Positions 9,406 to 18,967 of a stretch of 59,208 bases of DNA are shown here, piece after piece. Origin of the DNA: an uncultured Acetobacter sp. (lineage in GTDB: Bacteria; Pseudomonadota; Alphaproteobacteria; RF32; CAG-239); NCBI GenBank assembly GCA_964416205.1, contig CAYQDC010000003.1:1167-60374 (forward strand), given 5' to 3'. The first letter of the stretch is position 1. Every line of letters starts with the position of its first letter. The notes under the pieces are model-generated. The model saw only the letters and a list, made by a program, of their open reading frames with translations. It ran no database searches and was not told where the DNA came from. The translations under genes were made by a program, and so were the position numbers.

Positions 9406-10062
9406 ATGAGAATCCTTCTGGTGGAAGATGACAGCCTTATCGGTGATGGAATTAAAGTTGGGCTATCCAAGCTCGGCTTTGTCGTAGATTGGTTTGATGA
9501 TGGCACCGACGGCAAAGAAGCTTTGTTGCAGACACCGTATGATGCGGTTGTATTGGATTTGGGATTACCAGGAATTGACGGCTTGTCAATTTTGAAGTCA
9601 TGGAGGAGTGCTGGACTGGATACACCGGTACTTATCCTGACGGCCAAAGGTGATGTAGATGAACGGATAAAAGGGCTTAACAGCGGTGCCGATGATTATT
9701 TAGGCAAACCTTTTGCTCTCAGAGAAGTCCAAGCCCGGCTGAATGCTCTTATCCGGCGACGTTATGGTATAAGCAAGCCGCTTATCTGCCATAAAAGTGT
9801 TACTTTTAATCTGGAAACCAAAATTGTATGCCTTAATAACGAAAAAGTTATGCTCTCACCTAAAGAAACGGCTTTACTGGAGTTACTGCTATTGAACAAA
9901 AACAAAGTATTATCTAGAAAAGCGATTGAAAATAAACTTTATTCCTGGGATGAAGACGTTGGCAGCAATGCGGTAGAAGTTCACATTCACCACCTGCGTA
10001 AAAAACTCGGCAAAGATATTGTCAAAACCATTAATAAAATCGGATATATGCTTGAAGGGTAA
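9406..10062 (+). CDS. OmpR/PhoB-family response regulator (QseB/BasR-like)
   Basis: [27 protein letters not shown] receiver motifs. Winged-helix C-terminus [13 protein letters not shown]. Confidence 0.95.
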   Translation: MRILLVEDDSLIGDGIKVGLSKLGFVVDWFDDGTDGKEALLQTPYDAVVLDLGLPGIDGLSILKSWRSAGLDTPVLILTAKGDVDERIKGLNSGADDYLGKPFALREVQARLNALIRRRYGISKPLICHKSVTFNLETKIVCLNNEKVMLSPKETALLELLLLNKNKVLSRKAIENKLYSWDEDVGSNAVEVHIHHLRKKLGKDIVKTINKIGYMLEG

Positions 10063-10067
10063 ATACA

Positions 10068-11468
10068 ATGCGTCTACAGCAGACATTTTTACGCCTGCGT
10101 CGTTTTGATGGCAAAAAAATGATACACAGCCTTAGTTTTCGGCTGATGATGTTTTTTGTGCTGGTATTTGCTGTGGTGTTTGTTGTGGCTGGCTATGTTT
10201 CTTATAAAGAAACGCGCGAAAATATTGATGAGTTTTTTGATACTTATCAGATAGCACTGGGGCGCCAGCTTGCCGCAGCCGACTGGAGCACTGTTTCGCC
10301 CAGAACACAGCAGGCTACAGACAGACTTATTAAAGGTATTGAAAACGCTGCTGATGATGACGATGCCATCGGATTTGCCGTGTTTTCTCCACAGGGTGAC
10401 ATAATTTTTCATGACAATGAGAACGGAAAATATTTTCACTTCAGCGGCAATACCGGTTCTTTCCTTAACGAATCGATCGGTAAAGACAGAGATTTGTGGC
10501 GACTGATATGGCTGCAATCTGTCGATGGCGAATATATTATTGCCGTCGGGCAGGAACTTGACTACCGTGAAGACCTGGTTATAGATATTGTTGAAGAATT
10601 CATGCTGCCATGGCTTATCGGCTTTGGTATTTTGCTGTTAGCTGTTATCTGTCTTACCTATATTGAATTTTTACCACTTAAGCATCTGGCATGGCAAATT
10701 AAACAAAGAAAGGCTGATGATTTCTCGGCTATTGATACGGTACGGGGGCCTGTAGAAATTCTGCCACTTCTGGAAGCAATGAATCAGATGTTCGGCAAGA
10801 TTGGAGATCTAATCGGCCGTGAACGCAGTTTTATTTCCGACTCGGCACATGAACTCCGAACACCACTGTCTGCATTGAAAATCCAGCTTGAAATTGCACA
10901 AATGGCAAAAGATGATGATCTCCTGCAAACGCAGGCTCTGGATAAGCTGGCTACCGGTATCAGCCGAGCCGAGCATCTGGTGGAGCAACTCCTGGCTTTG
11001 TCAAGACTTGAAGCAAATAATGATCAATATAATAACCATGAATTTCTAAACTGGAAAGACATTGCCAAGCAATTAGCTGACGAATATGCCCCGCTGGCAG
11101 CAGTCAAAGGTATCAACATCAGAATTAATGATACCGGAGAAACAACGCCGCTGGCAATGGGAAATCATATTTTAGCGACGCTGTTGTTGCGCAACCTGGT
11201 TGATAATGCCGTTAAATATAGCCCTTCCGGAGCACAGGTTACCATTTTGTTGACCGGCAAAGAACTGGCTGTTGTTAACTCGGATACCCGGGTTGATGAT
11301 GCCGTTATGCGACGCCTGAGCGAACGTTTTTTCCGACCAGCGGGACAGAAAGAAACTGGCAGTGGCCTCGGTCTGGCCATTGTCAAACGCATTGCCAATA
11401 TTTACGATTGCAAAGTCATGTTCAGCAATACGGCCGAAGGCTTTAAAGTTTCTATTTGCTATATTTGA
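10068..11468 (+). CDS. Sensor histidine kinase (QseC/BasS-like), two TM segments
   Basis: H-box SDSAHELRTPLSAL, N-box LVDNAVKYS, G2 GSGLGLAIVKRI. Starts 6 nt after the regulator. Alternative start at 10119 (MIHSLSF). Confidence 0.9.
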   Translation: MRLQQTFLRLRRFDGKKMIHSLSFRLMMFFVLVFAVVFVVAGYVSYKETRENIDEFFDTYQIALGRQLAAADWSTVSPRTQQATDRLIKGIENAADDDDAIGFAVFSPQGDIIFHDNENGKYFHFSGNTGSFLNESIGKDRDLWRLIWLQSVDGEYIIAVGQELDYREDLVIDIVEEFMLPWLIGFGILLLAVICLTYIEFLPLKHLAWQIKQRKADDFSAIDTVRGPVEILPLLEAMNQMFGKIGDLIGRERSFISDSAHELRTPLSALKIQLEIAQMAKDDDLLQTQALDKLATGISRAEHLVEQLLALSRLEANNDQYNNHEFLNWKDIAKQLADEYAPLAAVKGINIRINDTGETTPLAMGNHILATLLLRNLVDNAVKYSPSGAQVTILLTGKELAVVNSDTRVDDAVMRRLSERFFRPAGQKETGSGLGLAIVKRIANIYDCKVMFSNTAEGFKVSICYI

Positions 11469-11578
11469 TCAATATTTCAGGCTGTTATAAAGTATCAGAT
11501 TTTTACCCTAAAGAAAAACGCCGCCATAGGACGATGTTTTTCTTCTGATACCAAATAAAGTTTTCTGTTAAGTCAAAA

Positions 11579-12055
11579 CTATTTTCTGACCTTTTGACCG
11601 ACAATCGCTACAATCTCCTTCTCGTCTTCTGGGCTTAACACCCCATACAAAGGAATGGCAAACGGTGTAAAATCGCCATTGTGGCGCTGTAAAAAATTAT
11701 ATTTATAATCAATACCTTCCTTGGGTATCAGGGTTAACACTTTGCAACGGCGCAGGCCGCAGCATACTTCTTTTTCTTCGGTACGAGCAATGTCTTTCCA
11801 CGGCAATTTTTGACAATAGTCAATCTTTATCCCATTATCATCTACGGCGATAGCCTGATGCTTCAGGATATATTTCCATCCCCATACCATCCAGGAAAAA
11901 ACACAAACCCCGATAAGAATTTGAGTTTGTATCCAATATAACAGGCAAACGCATTTTACGCTCCAATAGCCTAATGTAATGGTTAATGCCAAGTTGAGTA
12001 TCAACCATGCGTTAACTTTATTAAAGTCGTAGTAAAAAACTTTTTCATTTGTCAT
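11579..12055 (-). CDS. Hypothetical membrane protein (2 TM plus soluble C-terminal domain)
   Basis: ORF trimmed to ATG at 12055, which is preceded by AAGGAG with 8-nt spacing. Hydrophobic segments WLILNLALTITLGYW and ILIGVCVFSWMVWGW. Confidence 0.6.
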   Translation of the reverse strand: MTNEKVFYYDFNKVNAWLILNLALTITLGYWSVKCVCLLYWIQTQILIGVCVFSWMVWGWKYILKHQAIAVDDNGIKIDYCQKLPWKDIARTEEKEVCCGLRRCKVLTLIPKEGIDYKYNFLQRHNGDFTPFAIPLYGVLSPEDEKEIVAIVGQKVRK

Positions 12056-12265
12056 TTTTTGTCTCCTTTTTTCTGTTTCAAAAGTAGTATAACATTTAGA
12101 GTTCACTCTATGTCAACTGGTTTTTCAAGAAAATATTCCTTTATTATCAACATGTTACAAAATTGTTCTTTTTTTTATTTTTGCTTTTCTTTATCATTAT
12201 TAGGATTGGCTTTTTAATAAATGTATATTATAGATAACTTCAGCAACTCTTATTGCGGAGGAATA

Positions 12266-12823
12266 ATGATTTACAGCTCTTCTTACACTGGTCCCTACGG
12301 AGAAATATGCCTTGTTAGCAACGGAATCTTTCTGACAAAACTAACAACGCCAGCATGGCGTAGCCATTTAGCCTCCAAGCTCACCGATAAAAGCGATATT
12401 CGGGCAGTTACAGGCGACGGATCAACTCTGCCCTGCCTTAACGATGCTAAAAGATGGCTGGATATTTATTTCAGCGGACAATGTCCTGATTTTATGCCAC
12501 CACTTTATCCTGAGGGAACACCTTTTCAACAACTAATATGGTCCCTACTCTGTAATATTCCTTATGGCGCTCTAATCACTTACGGCGCGTTAGCAAAAAA
12601 AGCAGCCGTACTCATGCATAAAATAACCATATCGGCTCAGGCCGTCGGTGGTGCGGTTGGTGCAAATCCTATCGGCATTATTATTCCCTGCCACCGCGTT
12701 ATTGGCCAAAGCGGTAGCTTGACCGGTTATGCTGGCGGGCTCAAACTTAAAATGCAACTGCTACAAACAGAGGGAGTTGATACCTCGGTACTGAGTATGC
12801 CTGCAAACAGCTGCTTTTTATGA
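12266..12823 (+). CDS. ogt: Methylated-DNA--protein-cysteine methyltransferase
   Basis: Active-site IIIPCHRVIG followed by LTGYAGGL. ATG at 12266 preceded by GGAGG. Confidence 0.9.
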   Translation: MIYSSSYTGPYGEICLVSNGIFLTKLTTPAWRSHLASKLTDKSDIRAVTGDGSTLPCLNDAKRWLDIYFSGQCPDFMPPLYPEGTPFQQLIWSLLCNIPYGALITYGALAKKAAVLMHKITISAQAVGGAVGANPIGIIIPCHRVIGQSGSLTGYAGGLKLKMQLLQTEGVDTSVLSMPANSCFL

Positions 12824-13003
12824 GATGTTTTTATTTTTGTTCCGTTCTTACTCCCTGGCTGGTAAAATATATACTATTTCTGAAGACTTTGATAAAACAG
12901 AATAAAATATTTGATTTATACAAAAGACTTATTGACAAGTGTGAAAAGTATATATAGAATGGTTTGTATGTTTAATATATTGAGGTAGTTCAAAAATAAT
13001 TAC

Positions 13004-14341
13004 ATGAGTCCTGTATACGGGTATGCTTTTAATTTATTTTTAGTTTTAGTTTTAGTTTTTTGTAACGCTTTTTTTGTTGTTTCCGAGTTCGCTATCGTTA
13101 AAATCCGACGTACAAAACTTGAAGAATTGGCGCACAGTGGTAGTAAAAGTGCCAGAATCGCCTTAAGAATCAATGAACACATGAATACTTATCTGAGCGC
13201 TATCCAGCTCGGTATTACGTTAGCTTCCCTTGGTCTTGGCTGGCTAGGTGAACCGGCTGTATCGCGTTTGCTGGAAAATTTGTTCAGTGGCTTTTTTGCC
13301 GACAACAGGTTGTTGCTGCATTCGCTGAGTTTCGGTATTGCCTTTACCTTTATTACATTGCTCCACGTTGTCTTCGGTGAACTGGTACCAAAATCCATGG
13401 CTATCCAAGATACTGAACGTTATGTTTTGCTGATTGCCAGACCTCTTTATACGTTTAACAAAATTTTTGCGCCGTTTATCTGGGTGTTTGACCGTGTTAC
13501 AATGTGGATTTTGAAACTAATGAATGTTAAACAGGCTGATGAAAATGAAGATGCCCATTCCGAAGAAGAAATAAAGCTTATTATTGATGCTTCGCAAAAA
13601 GGCGGAGTTATTGATGATACTGAAAGTGAGATTATCCAAAATGCTATCAGTTTTTCGGAAATTTCCGCTCATGAGATCATGATTCCCCGCCAGGAAATGA
13701 AATGTATCTATCAGAACAGCAGTTACAACGAGATTATGGAATTTGTCAAACAACATAAGCATACGCGTTTCCCTCTTTGCAACGGAGATAAAGACCAGAT
13801 TATTGGCATGATACATATCCGCGATTTACTGGAGTGCAAAAATACACCGCATAAAGATATACTGAGCAAGATTGTCCGCAATATTCTGTTTGTTCCAGAG
13901 AATAAATCTATTTCTGAAATTTTGCATGAAATGATGAAAAAGCGTATCCATCTGGCGGTTGTAGTTGACGAATACGGCGGAACGGCTGGACTGCTGTCCA
14001 TGGAAGATATTTTGGAAGAGCTGGTGGGAGATATCCAAGACGAACATGATGAAATAACCGAAGATCCGGTAAAAAAAATTAGTGATTTGGTTTGTGAATT
14101 TGATGGTTTGTACTTGGTTGAAGATGCTTATGACTGTATGGGGCTACCTTATGACGATAATGAATATGAAGAGAGCACGATGGGGGGGTATGTCTTTAAC
14201 TTGCTGGGACGTGAACCAGAAGTCGGTGATATGGCTGAAGATGAATATTGCGTCTATGAGGTGCTGGAAGTGGATAACATGCGCATTGCTCGCCTCAAGG
14301 CTACAGTCAAGTCATCGTTTCATATAACGGAAAATACCTAG
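13004..14341 (+). CDS. CNNM/DUF21 - CBS pair - CorC/HlyC family membrane protein (hemolysin-like/Mg-Co efflux family)
   Basis: N-terminal DUF21 TM region (NAFFVVSEFAIVKIRR), CBS region (IMIPRQEM..., HLAVVVDEYGGTAGLLSMEDILEELVGDIQDEHD), and a CorC_HlyC tail. Confidence 0.9.
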   Translation: MSPVYGYAFNLFLVLVLVFCNAFFVVSEFAIVKIRRTKLEELAHSGSKSARIALRINEHMNTYLSAIQLGITLASLGLGWLGEPAVSRLLENLFSGFFADNRLLLHSLSFGIAFTFITLLHVVFGELVPKSMAIQDTERYVLLIARPLYTFNKIFAPFIWVFDRVTMWILKLMNVKQADENEDAHSEEEIKLIIDASQKGGVIDDTESEIIQNAISFSEISAHEIMIPRQEMKCIYQNSSYNEIMEFVKQHKHTRFPLCNGDKDQIIGMIHIRDLLECKNTPHKDILSKIVRNILFVPENKSISEILHEMMKKRIHLAVVVDEYGGTAGLLSMEDILEELVGDIQDEHDEITEDPVKKISDLVCEFDGLYLVEDAYDCMGLPYDDNEYEESTMGGYVFNLLGREPEVGDMAEDEYCVYEVLEVDNMRIARLKATVKSSFHITENT

Positions 14342-14994
14342 TTCTCCAACCAGCTGATTTTATGTCTGTCGAAGTGTCCGCAAGCCTGAAAAAAATAAGT
14401 GGGCAGATAAAGCGATATGACAAATCTTCGGTGATAACTGGAGTTTTTTGTTGCCTTATTTATGTTACATTAATAAAGTGCTGATAGCTAGTGCTAACAG
14501 AGTGGCTAACTATTTTTTCTCAGGATATTTGTCCTCTTCTTCATAATACATTGGCATATTCCCAAATCCTGTCAAGTTGAATATATCGTTAAATAGGCCA
14601 GGCCATGGTAAATATTATCAAACATTTCCAATACTGCCTGTTTTACCCATTCCTGATAATAACATAGTGGTTTAAGCATCGGGCGAGCGGGAGATTTTGA
14701 ACATTTCTTCCCGATTCTGAAATGGAAATGTGCGTCAATCTGCCAAAATGGCATAACATAGGTATGAGCTTTTTGATAGGTCTTTTCCAAACAGGTTTAC
14801 CGAGCGTCAAGCATTTGCACACGGAATGCTTTTTATCGGTGTCTGACGTAGGTCTGTATCAACTATTCATTCTGCTGGCAGAATATAGTTCTTAAGAGCT
14901 GCCATTTCGGCAGAAATGATTGCTTTTTTCTTTGAATTTTCAGCTCTTTCATAAAGATAATTTTTTATATTATTTTGTTTGGAATATATACGTC

Positions 14995-15028
14995 AAAAAG
15001 CCTCGAAAATTCATTTTCGGGGCTTTTT
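14995..15028. terminator. Bidirectional rho-independent terminator hairpin
   Basis: AAAAAGCCTCGAAAA-TTCA-TTTTCGGGGCTTTTT, a long stem with one G-U. It has an A-run and a T-run on either side and lies 22 nt downstream of the minus-strand gene ending at 15050. Confidence 0.75.
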
Positions 15029-15049
15029 ATATGACGCTTATCTGTCTGC

Positions 15050-15760
15050 CTATTCCGGCAACAGTGATGTACGGAACGCCATATACGGATCTTCCTGCTC
15101 AGAAGTAATCGTCAGGCTACCGTCTTCATTTTCCTGAAGTTTGTCAATTTGTATAAATTCATAATTTTTGAAATCATTCAAATCAGCTCTCTGCGAACCT
15201 TCCAGGCGAACGTTTTTAACGGTTACCGTTCCCGGATATGAGCCAAAGTCTAAACGAATACGGTAAACTGACTTTTCTGGCAGAACAATGCTGTAATTGT
15301 CGGTTCCTGCTTTTCCTTCCGCTATAACAAAATGATCGGCATCAAACCAAACCTCCCGTTCTACCGTGTAGTAAACCTCATAGGTGAAATCTTTTTCTGC
15401 CGTAGCCGTAAACATCAATACTGCATTTTGAGGTTCTACCTCAATGATTTCTTTCGCCGTTTCTTTTACCGCCATGGTTGCTTCTGTCGGTGCATGATCC
15501 TGAATGACCGTAGATTCTGTGCGAGAAGGTTCTGCATTAACAGCTGGTTTTGTTTCTGCGACGTCCTCTTTTTCAACAGTTGGCTCGACTGGGACAGTAG
15601 GTTCTGGAGTGACTACGGGTAATACAGCTGCAGGTTTTGCCTTTTCTATCGTTGGTTTCGGTGCTTTTTTCTCTGAAAAACCGAGCATAAGCATCAAAAT
15701 GGCTGCCACTAAAATAATTCCGGCAACGACCCATTGTTTGGTATTGTTTTTTATGTTCAT
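15050..15760 (-). CDS. Hypothetical membrane-anchored protein with Pro/Thr/Glu-rich linker and beta-rich C-terminal domain
   Basis: ORF trimmed to ATG 15760 (AAGGAG 8 nt upstream). TM anchor WVVAGIILVAAILMLMLGF. Linker PAAVLPVVTPEPTVPVEPTVEKE. Confidence 0.65.
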   Translation of the reverse strand: MNIKNNTKQWVVAGIILVAAILMLMLGFSEKKAPKPTIEKAKPAAVLPVVTPEPTVPVEPTVEKEDVAETKPAVNAEPSRTESTVIQDHAPTEATMAVKETAKEIIEVEPQNAVLMFTATAEKDFTYEVYYTVEREVWFDADHFVIAEGKAGTDNYSIVLPEKSVYRIRLDFGSYPGTVTVKNVRLEGSQRADLNDFKNYEFIQIDKLQENEDGSLTITSEQEDPYMAFRTSLLPE

Positions 15761-15851
15761 ATGAAAATCTCCTTTGTACAAAAGCTCTACTTTGTTGAAG
15801 TTTAAACAACGAATTTGTTCTTTTCAACTTTTTTTTCTATTTTTCTTTTAT

Positions 15852-17495
15852 TTATACCAGCCGGCTTTTTTCTATTGCAGCTTTAACAAAACTGATAAAC
15901 AGCGGATGTGGCGCAAAAGGTTTGGATTTTAATTCTGGATGGAATTGTACGCCCACAAACCACAAATGATCCGGTCTTTCCACAATTTCCGGAAGCTTGC
16001 CATCCGGCGAAGTACCAGAGATTATCATACCACCTGTAGCTAGTTGTTCGCGGTATTTGATATTGACCTCGTATCGATGACGATGGCGTTCGGATATTTT
16101 TTCACAGCCATAAATTTCTGCCGCCTTGGAGTTTTTTTGCAATATTGTTTCATACGCGCCCAGGCGCATAGTACCGCCTAAATCACCATCTTTGTGACGG
16201 ATTTGTCTGGCACCATCTTTATCCCATTCGGTCATCAAACCAACTACCGGCTCACAACTTTCATCCAGTTCGGTGGTATTGGCATTTTTAACTCCCAAAA
16301 TGTTGCGCATAGTTTCTATAACTGCCATTTGCATACCGAAGCAAATGCCTAAAAATGGAATATTGTTTTCCCGAGCATATTTGACAGCGGCAATTTTCCC
16401 CGCTGTGCCACGCACTCCGAATCCGCCAGGAACCAGAATACCACTGACATCGGAAAGATAAGCCGCTGCATCTGACTTCTCCATATCTTCGGCATCTATC
16501 CATTTTATACGAACTTTATATTTATTCGCGATACCGCCATGCGTCAGTGCTTCGCTCAATGACTTGTAGGCTTCAAGCAATTTGACATATTTGCCAACGA
16601 CGGCAATTTTTACCTCACCTTCTGGAGCCTTTAATGTTTCTACAATGTACTCCCAACGACTTAGGTCTGCTTCAGGGCAAGGTAAACTAAAGTAGCGACA
16701 AACCGCTTTGTCCATGCCTTCGTGCGAATATGCCAGCGGCACTTGGTAGATATTGCTGACATCTAATGCCTGAATGACATTTTCTTCTTTGATGTTGCAA
16801 AATAAGGCTATTTTCCGACGTTCGTTTTCCGGAATTGGCATTTGTGAACGGCACAACAGCATATCCGGCTGAATACCGTATTCCTGTAACTTTTTTACTG
16901 AGTGCTGTGTCGGTTTTGTTTTTAGCTCGCCTGCTGTTGGAATATATGGCAAAAGGGTTAAATGCAAAAACATCGTACGGTTGCGCCCCAATTCATAAGC
17001 CAACTGACGGATGGCTTCTAAATACGGCTGTCCTTCTATATCTCCGACCGTACCACCTATTTCGCATAAAACGAAATCTTCATTGCTTAAATCCCCTGTG
17101 ATAAAATTCTTTATCTCATTGGTAACATGAGGAATAACCTGAATAGTGGAGCCGAGATAATCGCCATGACGCTCTTTATCTATCACACGCTGATAGATTT
17201 TACCGGTTGTAGTACTGTCGCTTTTTTTTGCGGCTACGCCTGAAAAACGCTCATAATGTCCGAGATCTAAATCTGCTTCTGTCCCGTCATCGGTGACATA
17301 TACTTCTCCGTGCTGAAAAGGGCTCATTGTACCGGGATCTACATTAAGATACGGATCCAACTTTCTCAACCTGACTTTGAAGCCCCGGCATTGCAAAATA
17401 GATGCCAGCGATGCAGATGCCAGCCCCTTGCCTAAAGAAGAGACAACACCCCCGGTTATAAAAATAAATTTTGTTTTCGGATTTAGTTCTGACAT
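15852..17495 (-). CDS. pyrG: CTP synthase
   Basis: [23 protein letters not shown]-terminus. GATase domain GICFGMQ and HRHRYEVN. Confidence 0.97.
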   Translation of the reverse strand: MSELNPKTKFIFITGGVVSSLGKGLASASLASILQCRGFKVRLRKLDPYLNVDPGTMSPFQHGEVYVTDDGTEADLDLGHYERFSGVAAKKSDSTTTGKIYQRVIDKERHGDYLGSTIQVIPHVTNEIKNFITGDLSNEDFVLCEIGGTVGDIEGQPYLEAIRQLAYELGRNRTMFLHLTLLPYIPTAGELKTKPTQHSVKKLQEYGIQPDMLLCRSQMPIPENERRKIALFCNIKEENVIQALDVSNIYQVPLAYSHEGMDKAVCRYFSLPCPEADLSRWEYIVETLKAPEGEVKIAVVGKYVKLLEAYKSLSEALTHGGIANKYKVRIKWIDAEDMEKSDAAAYLSDVSGILVPGGFGVRGTAGKIAAVKYARENNIPFLGICFGMQMAVIETMRNILGVKNANTTELDESCEPVVGLMTEWDKDGARQIRHKDGDLGGTMRLGAYETILQKNSKAAEIYGCEKISERHRHRYEVNIKYREQLATGGMIISGTSPDGKLPEIVERPDHLWFVGVQFHPELKSKPFAPHPLFISFVKAAIEKSRLV

Positions 17496-17579
17496 TTTCC
17501 ACCCCTTAGTTAAATTTGTAGTGAAAAAGGCACCTCCTTTCTCAGGTGCCTTTATTTTAAGAGCTTTTCGGCATTTTAG

Positions 17580-17936
17580 TTATTCCGCTGTCGTTGTTGG
17601 AATCGGCGTCTTCGGTGTTTCCGTCGCGGCATTCGGAACAGACGGCACTGACGGTTCATTTTGTACCAAAGGTGCTACATCGGTAATAGACTCAGGTCTT
17701 CTGGTTTCGCCTTTGTAATACAATGATAACAAAATTGACGTAATGAAAAATATTGTTGCCAAAATTGCTGTTGTCCTAGTCAGCAAATTACCCTTACCGC
17801 GTGCTGACAAGAAACTGTTGGCGCCATTGCCACCACCCAGTCCGCTTAAAGCATTTCCAGAATTACGCTGCATTAAAATCAGCGTCACCAGAAGAACGGC
17901 TACCATCAAATGAATAACTAACAATACTGATCCCAT
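17580..17936 (-). CDS. secG: Preprotein translocase subunit SecG
   Basis: LLVIHLMVAVLLVTLILMQRNSG..GLGGG pattern. Typical position between tpiA and pyrG. Confidence 0.9.
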   Translation of the reverse strand: MGSVLLVIHLMVAVLLVTLILMQRNSGNALSGLGGGNGANSFLSARGKGNLLTRTTAILATIFFITSILLSLYYKGETRRPESITDVAPLVQNEPSVPSVPNAATETPKTPIPTTTAE

Positions 17937-17955
17937 TTCTATTTCCTTTTACTTG

Positions 17956-18717
17956 TTATTGTTTACTTGCCTCAGCTATCGCCATGAAGTCTGTCACTTT
18001 TAAGCTGGCACCACCGATAAGACCTCCATCAACATCTGGTAGAGCCAGCAGTTCTTTTGCATTTCCAGGCTTCATGCTACCGCCATATAAAATCCGCATT
18101 TTGTTGGCATTGGCACGACCAAGCTTTTTAGCTATGACTTTACGAACGGATGCATGAACTTCTTCCACTTCTGCTGTTGTCGGTGTCCGTCCTGTTCCTA
18201 TCGCCCATACGGGTTCATATGCTATAACTGTATTTTGTGCCGTTGAGCAGTCCGGAACGGAACCGTTAATCTGTGTGGTGCAAATGTCGATTGTTTTGCC
18301 TGCATTGCGTTCGTCTTCTGTTTCACCGATACAAATTATTACCTTAAGACCCGCGGCAATAGCTGCAGATGCCTTTTTCTGAATAAGATCATCTCTTTCC
18401 AAATGATCGGTACGGCGTTCGGAGTGACCAATTATCACATATTGACATCCGATATCTTTTAACATCAGGGGGCTAATGTCGCCGGTATGAGCGCCTTTCT
18501 CCGCAAAATGGCAGTCTTGTGCTCCGACCATTACCCGAGAACCTTTGACCGCTTTTTTGACTAATGCCAGAAGAGTAAAAGGCGGACAGACCAAAAATTC
18601 ACAATCTTTTCTTGCTGCTTTTTTAACTTCCTGCGCAATGCCTTTGGCTAACGTCAAGCTGTCTTCGGTCAAACCGTTCATTTTCCAGTTTCCGGCAATT
18701 AAAGTTTTTCTGACCAT
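17956..18717 (-). CDS. tpiA: Triose-phosphate isomerase
   Basis: IAGNWKMNG, IIGHSERR, AYEPVWAIGTG, GGASL motifs. Confidence 0.97.
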   Translation of the reverse strand: MVRKTLIAGNWKMNGLTEDSLTLAKGIAQEVKKAARKDCEFLVCPPFTLLALVKKAVKGSRVMVGAQDCHFAEKGAHTGDISPLMLKDIGCQYVIIGHSERRTDHLERDDLIQKKASAAIAAGLKVIICIGETEDERNAGKTIDICTTQINGSVPDCSTAQNTVIAYEPVWAIGTGRTPTTAEVEEVHASVRKVIAKKLGRANANKMRILYGGSMKPGNAKELLALPDVDGGLIGGASLKVTDFMAIAEASKQ

Positions 18718-18967
18718 TGTATCCTCTTAATTAAATTTATAACTCTTTTTTTTTATCATATATATTTTTATTTTCCAGCTCAAAAAAAAGTTGTTTACAG
18801 AAAAATTTTCCGCCTGTTTTCAGCCGAATATTTTTCGAAGCAAGTGATGAATAAAAAAATGTTGAACATATTTATATTTGAGATTGCATATTTTTTTTTA
18901 ACTTTTATAATGGTTGTGATTACGTTATTTTCAGGACTGGTAATAAATTATTTTTGGATGGATAAAA

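Noticed and set aside
14182-14188. G7 run inside the CNNM/CorC gene as a second phase-variable site
   Set aside because: It is shorter than tracts usually shown to slip at appreciable rates and lies in a conserved housekeeping-type transporter. It is noted only as a comparator for the G9 tract.
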